DNA from: a virus
Reading direction: 5' to 3' (one strand)
Virus record (IMG/VR): IMGVR_UViG_3300009164_000047
Location: 33,705-97,704 of that record
DNA: 64,000 nucleotides
Both the position numbers and the translations under genes were made by a program. The notes beneath the pieces are model-generated. The model saw only the letters and a list, made by a program, of their open reading frames with translations. It searched no databases and was not told the origin of the DNA. Below are positions 1 to 11,447 of this stretch, in pieces (positions within the stretch are counted from its first letter, which is position 1; the number at the start of each line of letters is the position of its first letter).

Positions 1-1
1 T

Positions 2-3000
2 GAAGTATATGTGTACAACGGAAAGTCATGGGATAGGATTGGATTAGAACAGGGTACAATTCAAATCAAAGAATCATTGTGGAATTATTCTGGATACAAA
101 ATTGGTTTTGACAGTAATTTCTTTGATTTAGATGCATATGATTCATATCCTTCAATGGAAACTCGCTATATAATTCGTGCATTGAATGAACAAATTTACA
201 CAGAGACATTGCGAATTCACCGTAATAAGAGTTTGATATTGTTGTTTGAATATATTGTAAGCGAGAATACAACTTCACAAAACAACTTAACTTGGTTAAA
301 TAAAACATCATTGGTAGATGTACAGCATACATTACGTGAATTAGCACAAGATAAAAACTATAAGCGTGATAATCAAGTGTTCTTGGAAGGCTTCATTAAT
401 GAAGTTAAACCTTATCGTGTTGTCATTAAAGAATTCTTATTGAAGTACACTAAAGCAGAATCATTTACTGGACAGGTAACTGACTTTGATTTGCCGGGCA
501 GATATAGCGTTACTACAGATAGATTTATAACACCTAATTTAGTTTTTGATTCAGTAAGAGCTACCGGACAAGTTTTACCTACTGATGCTATCTGGACTGA
601 TAGTTTATATTCTGACTGGTATAGTAATTACGGTATATCATTGACCGGAAGTGCCAACAATCCAATCACATCTTTGGAAATATATTTAGATAAAATTAGC
701 GATGTTTTGTATGTAGATGATGCTTTTGGATTACCAGTAACTGGAAGAATTAAAATTGATAATGAGTACATTAACTATTCTCAAATTGACAGAGAAAAGG
801 GTAAATTATACAGTTTAACTCGCGGCGCAGGTGATAGTGATGTAGCTAACCATATCCCAGGAACAATTGTGTATATAGATTTACCGGGAGTAGTACTGTT
901 AGATTCAGGAAGAGACTATATTGACCCTCCACAGATTAGTGCAGTAATTGATTCAACAATTTATCCTGCACCAACTAGACCTGCTACTCTTATACCAGTT
1001 ATGTCAGGTGGAAAAGTAATTGACATTACTGTAACTGATCCGGGATTAGGATATACAACTAAACCGGATATTGTTATTCAAGCATCAATCACTATATTAT
1101 TTGATAGTGCAAATATTAACTACAATGATAATACTATAAACATTAATGCAGTTTCGTTATTAACCGGAGATGCAGTAAAATATATCAAATCATTAACAAG
1201 TCTTGGTATCTCTGGGTTACAAAACAAAAAATATTACTATGTGCGAGTGATTAGTACAGACAGTTTATTTTATAAAAAATCAGTTATAGCATTGTACACT
1301 ACCAAGAATAATGCAATGATAGATTCACGCAGAGTGAATTTAGCTGAAAGTATAAACAGCATTAATAACAAGTTGGAAGTTTCTGCAAGAGCAGTACCAA
1401 TAGTATCCAATACACCAACAAGAGAATTAACTTCTACACTAAAATTTGACAGAACAAGTTATAGAACTAAGGTCGAAGAATGGACATCCGGTGAATACTA
1501 CGGTAGTGTTGTTACTAATAATGGTGTAGAAAGTAGTTTAGACTTATCAGTGAACTATGCTATACCGTATCCGGGACTTACTGGAGTAGCAACTCACCCA
1601 GGATCAGCTACTGACGGAACTGGTGCAATATTTACAATATACAATATATTGTTTGGTCTATCTTACGATGCTGAAATTACTTTTGCAGGTGCATCATACG
1701 ATGTGGGTGATATTATAACCATATCAGGTGCCAATCTAAGTGGAATCTCATCTACAAATAATTGCGTCTTAACAGTTACTACAATTAGTAATGTAGGCGG
1801 AATAACTTCAGTGACTGTTGCAGGCACGCCATCAACCGTTACACGTGCAAGTATTCAACAAGCAGTATTACCAATCACTAACGTGAGTTCTATAAATGCA
1901 ACCATTGCATCTACTACTAACGGTATTATATACGGTAATCAATTTGCCGCTGCTGGAACTATTAATGGATTGTTTATTTCAGGAATGGTACTAAGCGGTG
2001 GAACTATTCCTGCAAACTCAGTTCACATTACTAAAGTTGTAACTGCTAAATTTACTGCTGAAATTTTTGGTACATCGTCAGTTAAAATATTGACAGGAAC
2101 TCTACCAAAAATAGGCATGCTGGTTACCGGATTTACAATACCAGCAAATACATTTGTTATTTCTGTGTCTAGTGAATACGTAGAGTTGTCTAACATTATC
2201 AGAATAACACCGGCAGTTCAGTTTATAGACTTTACTGGAGTGATTTACGATCTTAACACCACCGTTACTACTCAATTAAATGTTGCAATAACCGGCACAT
2301 CAGGTGATTCCGTAGCAACATTAAATTATTCAGTTACAAACTTACAACCAGGACAAATTAAAGGTCTACAGTTATATTTTTATAAAATTATTAATCCATA
2401 TACATATGTTGATTCAAGACCCGGCGGTGCAACTATCAAGGTGTTTAAGCCAAACTTCTCTGCTCAAAACATAACAAATAAGTACTTCATTCAAATTATT
2501 GATCCTGGTACTATTTACGCTAATGGTGATGTTATTGTAATTAACGGTAGCAATTTAGGTGGTGTGAATGGTATTAATGATGCTAAGATTACAGTAAAGC
2601 TAGCAGATTATATAACTAATGAAATAAGCGTATATGAATTAAACGGGGTAGCAGTTAACTCTTTTGAAAAATACTATGTCAAGCCTATTAGTCAGACACA
2701 AGTTGCGTTATTCTATGACACCTCACTAGTAAGACCTGTACCAAACCATGCATTTACATTCCTAAGTGGTGATTATGCATATATTCCAGAACCAATCTAC
2801 ATTACATCCGGACACACTCGCAGTCCATATAGTTTAGTAACATTCAATAATACATTATATCGTTGCATGGTAAGTAATAATGATATTGCATTTGATTTTA
2901 ACAAATGGGAAGAAGTACGTAGTGATGAATTTGATTTGAATGCATTAGATAGAATCATGGGATTCTACAATCCAACAGACAACATGCCAGGTAAAAATCT

Positions 3001-6000
3001 ACCAATGTTAGTATCTGGTATTGATTATCCAAATAATACTTACTTTGGTCAACCGTTTGATGACTTAGTTAATGAACTAGATACTGTATTGAAGGATCAA
3101 ATATTCTATCCAAGCAATATCAATTTACGTGGTATTATCGTAGCCGAACAAAACTTGTTGGTTGCAATTGGTGATACTGAATCATATTCTATTATATTGT
3201 TAAGTCACGATACTGGCGTAACTTGGACTATGAAACAAATCAGTAAAAATGTATTAAATGTACAAGACATTAGATATGATGAAGGTCATTATGTTATCGT
3301 TACAAGTAATATACATTCACCTGTCGTAACCAGCAACGACTTAGAAAATTGGGTATCAGTGGGAGAATTTACACCATACGATACTAATAAATTTGATGAT
3401 GTGGGATATGATAGTTCATCAATTTCTGCACCAAAAGATAAATTGTACAGTGTAATTTATAACAACAATTTCTATATTGCTGTGGGTGATGAATTACTAA
3501 TCAGCCCGGACAGCTATACTTGGAGTGTTCAATATAGCTTCAGAAGTTCATTACCTCAACAATTTAAACGTGTAGCTTATGTATCTTCTGCATTCTTTGA
3601 CGGTTATATTGCTACTGGTCTTGGTACAATTACTAATACTACTGTTAATGGATACACATCATTGGTATCAACTTCTAAAACTTTCAGAAGTTTGAACGGT
3701 CTTGATTGGGAAGAAATATTACCAAGAGTAGTATCAACTGGATTAAATGTAGTATTATCATCTGGAACAGCTATTGTTTTAGCTGGTGACAATTATCAAG
3801 TTTTCACATCAACTAACTCTCATGCATGGGATCCGGCATCAATTGACGGTACTGCAAAGACATCTAATCTGTTAAACGGTATATATGCTAACGGAATGTT
3901 TGTTATTGTGGGCGATGATGGTACCATTATAACTAGCCCGGATGGAATTATTTGGAGTGAAGTAGTATCTAATACTACCAAGACATTGACTGCAATAACA
4001 TATAGTGACGATAATTGGATTATTGTTGGATCCGATGCTACTATTCTACGTAGCACTGATGCTGTTATATGGCAAAATGTATCATTGATTAAGACAGAAG
4101 AAAACTTCTATCAAATCAAAGGTGATCCATTCATTTCTGGTTATGGACCAGAGGAATTAGTTCCCGGTGTATTAACAGATACGTTAACCATGACTGTTAC
4201 AACTCGCCCGGGAAGTACATGGCTAGTTGAAGATTATCCATTCAATGGATTTACAGTTAAAAAATTCATACATGCACTTACTGATTTACCAATAGACTTT
4301 TCTCTGATTACCGAGAATCCTGCACACGTTGCATTATACTTAATGGATTCTTCTACTAAGTTAGGTTTTAGAATTTATCAAGATATAACACCTACTACAT
4401 CTAATAGCTATTCATATTCAATCAATTGGATTACTCAATCAATCACGCTAAGTGCTTTGGATGGTGTTAGTTTGTATGATAACACAAAATATCTACAAAT
4501 TGAAGTATATGAATTTGGTAATGGCAATCAAGAAGTTAGAAGTAATTCGCAGAACTTGCCTTTACGTATTGATCCTGTTACAGGTTATAGTGAAATATGG
4601 TTAGGTTATGCATACGCACCGGAAATATATGCTACTCCTGTTGTTTACTTAAACGGTAACCCTTTAATATATGAGGATGATTACAAAATATCAACCACCG
4701 CATCTAAAGAAGCTAAATTATTGTTCACTACAACATACCATTCTGAAACTGATTATTTAAGTTTTGCAATTATGGGTCTAGAAATTAACTCTAAACAAAA
4801 TAGTTTCAGTATTCCACAAACACAAGTATTTGAAGTTGCACCATCTATAACTGAATTAGTTCTCACTAATTTTGTTGGATTGTCTTCAGATGGTTATACC
4901 AATGATGTAGATGCTATTGTAGAATATAATGGTGTAAGATTAATTCCAACTATCCAGTATACTATTGCAGTTGATCCTAATTCAGAAATTGGTACAGTGA
5001 CATTATTGTTTAATCCGGCATCTGGCGAAGATTTGATTAGTGTTACTACATTCCATGATACCCGTGACCAATACTTGTTAACAGAAAACATTAACACATT
5101 ACAAGTAACTCCACTATTAACTGTCAACACTGATAAAGGTGAGTTGACATTAATCGTTACTACGGTACCTGAATTTGTCACCGGTGACTTAATAACAATT
5201 GATGGTATTAACGGTACTACACAATTAAATGGTAATGAATATTATGTTAGATTAATGACTCCTGTAACAGAGGATGCAATAACATATCAACCAATTAAAC
5301 TATTCTATGATGTATTGTTGGCAAAACCAGTAACTGGTAAAATACTAACAAGTTATGTGTCTGGTGGATATATTTGGAAATCTGACACTACACATGAAAT
5401 AAATCAACCTGATTTAACGTTGACTAATATTAATAGATTGTTTGTGACTATTAACGGATACAAAGTTGACAACAGTAGACTTAAACTTAAGAGTGGAAAC
5501 AAGCTTAATATTTTAGAACCTATTACTACGGGTGATGTTGTTTTGATTACCAGTATGATTACAAACGCTACACCCAATCAACTAGTATATGTAAATCACA
5601 TTGATAAAAATGGTGAACAATCAATATACCGAGCAAATACAGGTGTCAGAACTTGGTTGACAAAAAACTTAGAAGTACTTGACAGTCAAATATATGTCGA
5701 AGATGTAGCTAAGTTGTTAGATTTAGTCAAAACAACCGTAGTTGCAGCTACAATAAATGAAAATGTTGCGTGCCTTGTAAATTACGCAGTCGAGACCATT
5801 AAGGAAATTTCTGTATATAATATTTCTACACTAACTCAAATAAGTACAGAAAATATTACATTGGCTATTAAGAATTCTAGACCAGTGATTTATATAGCTA
5901 AAGGTGCTTCTGAAGGTGATAACTTGGAGGTTTCACTACGACTAGGTAACACTATCAATATTGGTGGGGAAATTATTACTTTTAAGAAAGTTAATACTGA

Positions 6001-6220
6001 GACTAATACAATTTCAGGAATTACCCGAGGAGTAGATGGTTCTGGTGCTAGATTGATGCATTCGGAATATACTATGGTCTATGGTGTAAAATTGACAAAT
6101 ACATTGTTCAATTTCTACTATAACCGTACTTGGAACAGTGAGGACTATTCAGTTGAGGGTGATCCGTTGCAAGTCAGTGACAGCTTCCCGGCTAACTTCT
6201 TGCAGGTCGGTACAGAATAA
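2..6220 (+). CDS. Very large virion structural protein (baseplate wedge/tail-associated), 5'-truncated
   Basis: Frame is open from position 2 for more than 2070 aa. It has a wedge-like FINEVKPY segment, BNR/Asp-box-like propeller repeats (SxDGxxW) and beta-rich modules, and lies upstream of tail genes. Confidence 0.7.
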   Translation, partial: EVYVYNGKSWDRIGLEQGTIQIKESLWNYSGYKIGFDSNFFDLDAYDSYPSMETRYIIRALNEQIYTETLRIHRNKSLILLFEYIVSENTTSQNNLTWLNKTSLVDVQHTLRELAQDKNYKRDNQVFLEGFINEVKPYRVVIKEFLLKYTKAESFTGQVTDFDLPGRYSVTTDRFITPNLVFDSVRATGQVLPTDAIWTDSLYSDWYSNYGISLTGSANNPITSLEIYLDKISDVLYVDDAFGLPVTGRIKIDNEYINYSQIDREKGKLYSLTRGAGDSDVANHIPGTIVYIDLPGVVLLDSGRDYIDPPQISAVIDSTIYPAPTRPATLIPVMSGGKVIDITVTDPGLGYTTKPDIVIQASITILFDSANINYNDNTININAVSLLTGDAVKYIKSLTSLGISGLQNKKYYYVRVISTDSLFYKKSVIALYTTKNNAMIDSRRVNLAESINSINNKLEVSARAVPIVSNTPTRELTSTLKFDRTSYRTKVEEWTSGEYYGSVVTNNGVESSLDLSVNYAIPYPGLTGVATHPGSATDGTGAIFTIYNILFGLSYDAEITFAGASYDVGDIITISGANLSGISSTNNCVLTVTTISNVGGITSVTVAGTPSTVTRASIQQAVLPITNVSSINATIASTTNGIIYGNQFAAAGTINGLFISGMVLSGGTIPANSVHITKVVTAKFTAEIFGTSSVKILTGTLPKIGMLVTGFTIPANTFVISVSSEYVELSNIIRITPAVQFIDFTGVIYDLNTTVTTQLNVAITGTSGDSVATLNYSVTNLQPGQIKGLQLYFYKIINPYTYVDSRPGGATIKVFKPNFSAQNITNKYFIQIIDPGTIYANGDVIVINGSNLGGVNGINDAKITVKLADYITNEISVYELNGVAVNSFEKYYVKPISQTQVALFYDTSLVRPVPNHAFTFLSGDYAYIPEPIYITSGHTRSPYSLVTFNNTLYRCMVSNNDIAFDFNKWEEVRSDEFDLNALDRIMGFYNPTDNMPGKNLPMLVSGIDYPNNTYFGQPFDDLVNELDTVLKDQIFYPSNINLRGIIVAEQNLLVAIGDTESYSIILLSHDTGVTWTMKQISKNVLNVQDIRYDEGHYVIVTSNIHSPVVTSNDLENWVSVGEFTPYDTNKFDDVGYDSSSISAPKDKLYSVIYNNNFYIAVGDELLISPDSYTWSVQYSFRSSLPQQFKRVAYVSSAFFDGYIATGLGTITNTTVNGYTSLVSTSKTFRSLNGLDWEEILPRVVSTGLNVVLSSGTAIVLAGDNYQVFTSTNSHAWDPASIDGTAKTSNLLNGIYANGMFVIVGDDGTIITSPDGIIWSEVVSNTTKTLTAITYSDDNWIIVGSDATILRSTDAVIWQNVSLIKTEENFYQIKGDPFISGYGPEELVPGVLTDTLTMTVTTRPGSTWLVEDYPFNGFTVKKFIHALTDLPIDFSLITENPAHVALYLMDSSTKLGFRIYQDITPTTSNSYSYSINWITQSITLSALDGVSLYDNTKYLQIEVYEFGNGNQEVRSNSQNLPLRIDPVTGYSEIWLGYAYAPEIYATPVVYLNGNPLIYEDDYKISTTASKEAKLLFTTTYHSETDYLSFAIMGLEINSKQNSFSIPQTQVFEVAPSITELVLTNFVGLSSDGYTNDVDAIVEYNGVRLIPTIQYTIAVDPNSEIGTVTLLFNPASGEDLISVTTFHDTRDQYLLTENINTLQVTPLLTVNTDKGELTLIVTTVPEFVTGDLITIDGINGTTQLNGNEYYVRLMTPVTEDAITYQPIKLFYDVLLAKPVTGKILTSYVSGGYIWKSDTTHEINQPDLTLTNINRLFVTINGYKVDNSRLKLKSGNKLNILEPITTGDVVLITSMITNATPNQLVYVNHIDKNGEQSIYRANTGVRTWLTKNLEVLDSQIYVEDVAKLLDLVKTTVVAATINENVACLVNYAVETIKEISVYNISTLTQISTENITLAIKNSRPVIYIAKGASEGDNLEVSLRLGNTINIGGEIITFKKVNTETNTISGITRGVDGSGARLMHSEYTMVYGVKLTNTLFNFYYNRTWNSEDYSVEGDPLQVSDSFPANFLQVGTE

Positions 6221-6237
6221 ATGATAAATAAACTATT

Positions 6238-6378
6238 ATGAACGAAAAACCAGAAAATACGGCAGAAACTAAGGAAGTAAAACCCAATGAACAAAGCGGA
6301 TTTTACTTTAGTTCCTTCCTCAAGATTACTGATCCCAATACTAAGGAAATTCTAGTGCAAGTCAGGGGCGATAACTAA
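6238..6378 (+). CDS. 46-aa protein (MNEKPENT...FLKITDPNTKEILVQVRGDN), not in the ORF track
   Basis: ATG lies 7 nt after the GATAAATA late motif, the stop overlaps the next start (TAATG), and the C-terminus resembles the N-terminus of the next gene. Confidence 0.7.
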   Translation: MNEKPENTAETKEVKPNEQSGFYFSSFLKITDPNTKEILVQVRGDN

Positions 6379-6995
6379 TGTCAATACAAAATATGTTAAA
6401 AATTGAAGGATTTGTCAAATTGACCGACCCTAACACAGGTGAAGTCTTACTGGACAAAAAGAATGCAATCCACTATGAGAACATTTCCCAAGCTATTGCA
6501 GACGCACTTAGTAACCGAGGTTACGGCGGAATCTATAAGATGGCATTTGGCAACGGAGGAACTAGCGTAGATGATACAGGTATTATTACGTATTTGCCCC
6601 CAAATACAGTGGGTATTAATGCAAGTTTATACAATCAGACTTATACTAAGATTGTAGATGATACTAGTATTTTAAATACTGACCCCTCAAGAAATAAAAT
6701 GATTATCAGTCATGTTACTGGTAAAGTTTATACCGACATTATCGTGCAGTGTTTACTAGACTTTGGTGAACCCAATGGACAGACAGCGTTTGATAATGGT
6801 ACTCAAACAGAATCATCGTACACCTTTGACGAAATGGGTATTTTAGCTGGATATGGAATGGATACGTCTGGTAATGAACAGACAAGACTATTAACTCATG
6901 TGATTTTTCACCCCGTTCAAAAAAGTTTGAACAGACAAATACAATTGGACTACACAATCAGGATTCAAAGCTTGACAAACGTAGTTACAATTTAA
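6378..6995 (+). CDS. Virion structural protein (baseplate/tail)
   Basis: 205 aa, with FDEMG...LLTHVIFHPVQKSLNR...YTIRI resembling tail-fibre-attachment/baseplate domains; structural context. Confidence 0.6.
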   Translation: MSIQNMLKIEGFVKLTDPNTGEVLLDKKNAIHYENISQAIADALSNRGYGGIYKMAFGNGGTSVDDTGIITYLPPNTVGINASLYNQTYTKIVDDTSILNTDPSRNKMIISHVTGKVYTDIIVQCLLDFGEPNGQTAFDNGTQTESSYTFDEMGILAGYGMDTSGNEQTRLLTHVIFHPVQKSLNRQIQLDYTIRIQSLTNVVTI

Positions 6996-7029
6996 GATAA
7001 ATATTTAAAGACTCTGGAGCAACAAGCAA

Positions 7030-8241
7030 ATGGCATATACAATTATTAGAAGTAACGGTAGTACGTTAACTACTATTCAAGACGGTACAATCAATACTAC
7101 TAGTACCTCACTATCACTACCCGGTCGTAGCTGGTCAGGATATGGACAAGCATTTGATACAAACTTTGTTCGTATTACTGAAAGTTTTGCCGCAGGTAGT
7201 CCTCCTGCTAACCCACTGAAGGGTCAATTGTGGTACAATACATCGACTAATACATTGAACGTTTGTCCGGCAGACGGTACGCTAACTGCAAGTTCTTGGT
7301 TGACGTTAACATCAACTAGCACTTCAGGTACTGCTACTCTTGCTAACGTAACTGTTACTGGAAATTTATCTGCTAATAACATTAGCGTGGGTAATTTAAT
7401 CAGCGGCGATATTCTTAATGTTCGTTTAGCTAACGTATCCGGTACAATGACTGCTACTACAGGTAATATTACTACTGGTACTATTAGCACATTAACTACA
7501 CGCACAATAACAACAGGTAGCGCAACAACAACTGGTACATTGACAGGCGCGTGGTCTGTTTATGGTAATACTTCTGGTAATGCACTTTCTATTGTTAACG
7601 GTAATATTGCGTTCACTGCAAGCAGTGTTAATGGTATTCGTTGCGACAACTACATGTATGCAAACGGTGTACAATTTAATCCATCAGGTACATATACAAA
7701 CGCAAACGTTGCTGACTATTTGACTGGCGCGAATAGTATTGCACAATTTACAGGTAATATTGCTCCAAGACAAGTTACAACAACTCGTTTAGCAGGCGGC
7801 GGAACAGTTGCAGGTGTATGGACATTAGAAACTGGCGCAAGATTTCAAGCAACATTCGCTGACTTGGCAGAACGTTATTCGGCTGATGCAATCTATGATG
7901 TTGGTACAGTTGTTGAATTAGGCGGTGACAAAGAAGTTACTGCTGTTAAAGAAGATTTAAGTTCAGATGTCTTTGGAGTTGTATCAAATAGCTATGCTTA
8001 CTTATTGAATCAAGGTGCAGGCAATGATGAAACTCACCCTGCGGTTGCATTAGTTGGTCGTGTTCTAGTCAAAGTACAAGGACATGTTAAAAAGAATGAT
8101 CGCTTAGTAAGCGCAGGAAACGGTTATGCACGTGCAGCCAATCTTGAAGAAGTTACTGCATATAATACTATTGGACGAAGTTTATCTAATAAAGACACAG
8201 ATGGTCCAGGTACGGTAGAAGCAGTAGTAAGCATAAGATAA
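7030..8241 (+). CDS. Tail fibre/baseplate protein with C-terminal intramolecular-chaperone (peptidase G2-like) domain
   Basis: N-terminal YGQAFDTNF..FA..PP.NPLKGQLWY motif, Thr/Gly/Asn-rich shaft, and C-terminal ADLAERY...GTVVELGG...VALVGRV. GGAG RBS. Confidence 0.7.
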   Translation: MAYTIIRSNGSTLTTIQDGTINTTSTSLSLPGRSWSGYGQAFDTNFVRITESFAAGSPPANPLKGQLWYNTSTNTLNVCPADGTLTASSWLTLTSTSTSGTATLANVTVTGNLSANNISVGNLISGDILNVRLANVSGTMTATTGNITTGTISTLTTRTITTGSATTTGTLTGAWSVYGNTSGNALSIVNGNIAFTASSVNGIRCDNYMYANGVQFNPSGTYTNANVADYLTGANSIAQFTGNIAPRQVTTTRLAGGGTVAGVWTLETGARFQATFADLAERYSADAIYDVGTVVELGGDKEVTAVKEDLSSDVFGVVSNSYAYLLNQGAGNDETHPAVALVGRVLVKVQGHVKKNDRLVSAGNGYARAANLEEVTAYNTIGRSLSNKDTDGPGTVEAVVSIR

Positions 8242-8253
8242 GGGATACAGGAA

Positions 8254-9249
8254 ATGGCATATCAATCAACTGGATTAATTCAATCTTCAGATTACAATAC
8301 CTATCTAGGTAGTGTAACCGGAGTTACTCCAAACACAATTAATGGATTCTTTGCGACGGGGACCAGTAGATATGGATATGGACAAACTGCACTACCGCAA
8401 GTAGGCCCTACAGACAAAATTACTTCTGCACGTTGGGTCAATTTAATTAATAACATTGTTGCCGCATCTAGTCATCAAGGAACTTCAGTAACTACAATTC
8501 CATTAACTGACTATGAAATTGGTGACACTATTATAACTAGTTTACAAGGTGGAACATCAAATAGTATTTTTGCAGTTGACATTGCAACATTGTTTAATAA
8601 CATAAATAATGCGGCTGCTCAAGGAAGTACCACTACCTATAGTTCAACTAGTACTTCTACGTGGTCAACACAAATGACTGCATTGTTCACTATTACATTT
8701 GCATCAGCCGATGCTACACGTTATTTCTTTAATGCAGGTGGACAAATCGCAATTAACTTATCACATCCTGCAGGATCAGGCATTAATTCATTGTGGAATA
8801 CTTTGGGTACTCAGTCAGGTACGTTAGTATTAAGTGCACCTGATTCAGGTACTGTTCGTATTGCCGGTACAAACTACAATGGATTTCAGAAAGTCGGGGG
8901 TTCAGGTAGCCCATTAATTAATGCAACTAGTACAGGATACTATGCACTTAGTAGTACATGGCAAACAATGTATAAACAGGCTGCAAGTTCTGGGATTTCA
9001 AACTATCTACAAAGCTATTTGAGTGTTAGTATGAAAACAAACGGAACTCGCGGCTCATACGGTGATAAAGGTAACATTATTTATGTTGCTGTTAAATGGG
9101 ATCAAGTCCCTGATGGTGGCTCTACTCTATTAAGTGCAGTAGGAACCACAGCAAGTCTTACAATTAGACCGCCCGCAAGTACATATATTACCAATACATG
9201 GGGAACTCCTGCAGTTACTTATGTGATGGGTACTAATATTGGCTATTAA
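8254..9249 (+). CDS. Virion structural protein
   Basis: 331 aa, Ser/Thr/Gly-rich, with GYGQ and RYFFNAGGQI motifs; AGGA RBS. Confidence 0.55.
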   Translation: MAYQSTGLIQSSDYNTYLGSVTGVTPNTINGFFATGTSRYGYGQTALPQVGPTDKITSARWVNLINNIVAASSHQGTSVTTIPLTDYEIGDTIITSLQGGTSNSIFAVDIATLFNNINNAAAQGSTTTYSSTSTSTWSTQMTALFTITFASADATRYFFNAGGQIAINLSHPAGSGINSLWNTLGTQSGTLVLSAPDSGTVRIAGTNYNGFQKVGGSGSPLINATSTGYYALSSTWQTMYKQAASSGISNYLQSYLSVSMKTNGTRGSYGDKGNIIYVAVKWDQVPDGGSTLLSAVGTTASLTIRPPASTYITNTWGTPAVTYVMGTNIGY

Positions 9250-9298
9250 AATAAAACCATAAACAAATAATCCTATAAATACTCGGAGGAGTATTACT

Positions 9299-9604
9299 AT
9301 GGATATTGGAAATTTAATTGTAACAGCTAAAAACAGATTTAATCATAATTCTGCTAAAAAATACCTAAAAGAAAAATACGACAATAAATTGATTGTTGCA
9401 GAACAGGGTGGGTTATGGAAAATCACACCTAAATTAATTGCTATTCTTGCAATATATCCATCTAAGACATTGATACTAATGGATATGTACGATAATCCTA
9501 TAACAGTAAACAAAAATGCTTTTCTAAGCAAAGTAAGTTCAGTATACGACACTGTAATGTCTGAATACCAAGCTGAATGGGAAGAACTAAAGAATAAAAG
9601 ATGA
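9299..9604 (+). CDS. Hypothetical protein
   Basis: 101 aa, GGAGGAG RBS, TATAAATA upstream. Confidence 0.6.
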   Translation: MDIGNLIVTAKNRFNHNSAKKYLKEKYDNKLIVAEQGGLWKITPKLIAILAIYPSKTLILMDMYDNPITVNKNAFLSKVSSVYDTVMSEYQAEWEELKNKR

Positions 9605-10407
9605 GTAGGGGTGCGTTACTTTTTGCCTTCAATACTGACACAGTAGATTATTTTAGTATGGCTGTGTACACGGCTAAACGCATCAATCATTTTTTAAACT
9701 TACCAGTAACCGTAATCACTGATAATATTGATAACGGACTCAATAATGATTATCAATTTGATAATATAATATACACTACTAGCGACCATACAAATTTTAA
9801 AGACAATAAAGTTTGGTTGAACAAGGGTAGATATCAAGCATTTGAAGATAGTCCTTACGATGAAACATTATTACTAGACACTGACTATATTGTCAATTCT
9901 GATAGATTGCTATCATTGTTTTCCTACTATGATGATTTTTGCTGCCACAACTCAACCAATTATATAATGAACTCAAATGAAACACAAGAGACTATTGGTA
10001 AGCATGGCTTTAATTCATTGTGGGCAACAGTCATGTTATTCAAAAAGTCTGAAAGAGTTCATCAAATCTTCGAATGTATGAAAATGATACAAGATAATTA
10101 TGACCACTATGTAAAACTATATGGTATGTATAAAACAATGTATCGTAATGATTATTCATTGGGTATAGCACAGCATATTGTTAATGGACATGTTGATGTT
10201 GTATCTGATTATATACCATGGGACCTACAGCATGTTGGTAAAAACATATTAGTTAAGAAGAACACCGATGCATTATTCAACACTTCATACAATATATCAT
10301 ATAAACTAGATGAGCCTGACAATCAAAAGAATGAATACATCATAGTTAAAGATTTTGATTTTCATATGCTTGACAAGGATAATTTCATGGAGATTATTAA
10401 TGAATAA
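9601..10407 (+). CDS. GT-A fold glycosyltransferase-like protein
   Basis: SPYDETLLLDTDY (DxD motif) and YRNDYSL. Confidence 0.7.
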   Translation: MSRGALLFAFNTDTVDYFSMAVYTAKRINHFLNLPVTVITDNIDNGLNNDYQFDNIIYTTSDHTNFKDNKVWLNKGRYQAFEDSPYDETLLLDTDYIVNSDRLLSLFSYYDDFCCHNSTNYIMNSNETQETIGKHGFNSLWATVMLFKKSERVHQIFECMKMIQDNYDHYVKLYGMYKTMYRNDYSLGIAQHIVNGHVDVVSDYIPWDLQHVGKNILVKKNTDALFNTSYNISYKLDEPDNQKNEYIIVKDFDFHMLDKDNFMEIINE

Positions 10408-11167
10408 GAAGGGCTTTGTGATTATGGCACAAAATACAAAGTCAGTAAACTATGTAAAATGTGCAAACGTACTATCTGATAGTATTTTAAGAGTTATGCC
10501 AGATGCTAATGTAACCATTATAACTGATAAGATGTTGCCTTACGGAGACCTAGCACCCAAGAGTACTTGGAAGTTAATCAATGATTGGCAAGTATATGAA
10601 GCTAGTCCATATGAACATACTATTAAATTAGAAGCAGACATGATTATCCCATCTAATATAGACTATTGGTGGGGAATCTTGGCACTGAAAGATGTTGTGG
10701 TGTGCAATACTATTCGTAACTTCAAGGGTAACATATCTGATATTAAGTTCTATCGTAAATTCATATATGATAATGAATTACCTGATGTTTATAATGCTAT
10801 TACTTATTTTAAAAAGAGTGAATTTGCAAAAGATTTCTTTGATACTGTTAGAACTATCTTTGAAAATTGGGAAGAATGCAAGAAAATATTAAAATGTAAT
10901 ATAGACGAACCTGCAACAACAGATTGGGTATATGCGTTAGCCTGTCACATACATGGAGTAGAGAACACTACTATTCCTGCATTTACTGACATGAGTATGG
11001 TACACATGAAACAGCACATTAATGATTTGTCAACAGAAGATTGGACAAATGAACTAGTATGTGAAATATTACCACATTGTTTGCGTGTTAATACATTTGT
11101 ACAAAGTTATCCATTTCACTATCATGTAAAAAAGTTTTCAAGTATAATAGAGAAGTCTTATGGTTGA
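10400..11167 (+). CDS. GT-A fold glycosyltransferase-like protein (paralogue of the preceding gene)
   Basis: SPYEHTIKLEADM (ExD) and PFHYH. Start taken as the ATG at 10400 after GGAG. Confidence 0.65.
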   Translation: MNKKGFVIMAQNTKSVNYVKCANVLSDSILRVMPDANVTIITDKMLPYGDLAPKSTWKLINDWQVYEASPYEHTIKLEADMIIPSNIDYWWGILALKDVVVCNTIRNFKGNISDIKFYRKFIYDNELPDVYNAITYFKKSEFAKDFFDTVRTIFENWEECKKILKCNIDEPATTDWVYALACHIHGVENTTIPAFTDMSMVHMKQHINDLSTEDWTNELVCEILPHCLRVNTFVQSYPFHYHVKKFSSIIEKSYG

Positions 11168-11447
11168 GTTTAGACTATATCACGACAATGGAAAGTTTAT
11201 ACGTTATTCGTGTGAAGAATTAGACGGAGAATATATTGTTGTAAATGCAGAGACTTATGCCTTAGGTGATCCGCATGTACAAGTAATAGAAGGTAAGATT
11301 GAACCGCTATCTTTTGGTATGGAGTTATATAAATTAACTAAAAATAAAAAAGGTACAATATGCCCAGTAGAAGATATAGCAATTGTAGTAGATAAATCCT
11401 ACAAAGGTAAGACAAACAAATATTCATATGAACAAATTAAAAATTGA
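11160..11447 (+). CDS. Hypothetical protein
   Basis: 95 aa, overlaps both neighbouring genes. Confidence 0.55.
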   Translation: MVEFRLYHDNGKFIRYSCEELDGEYIVVNAETYALGDPHVQVIEGKIEPLSFGMELYKLTKNKKGTICPVEDIAIVVDKSYKGKTNKYSYEQIKN

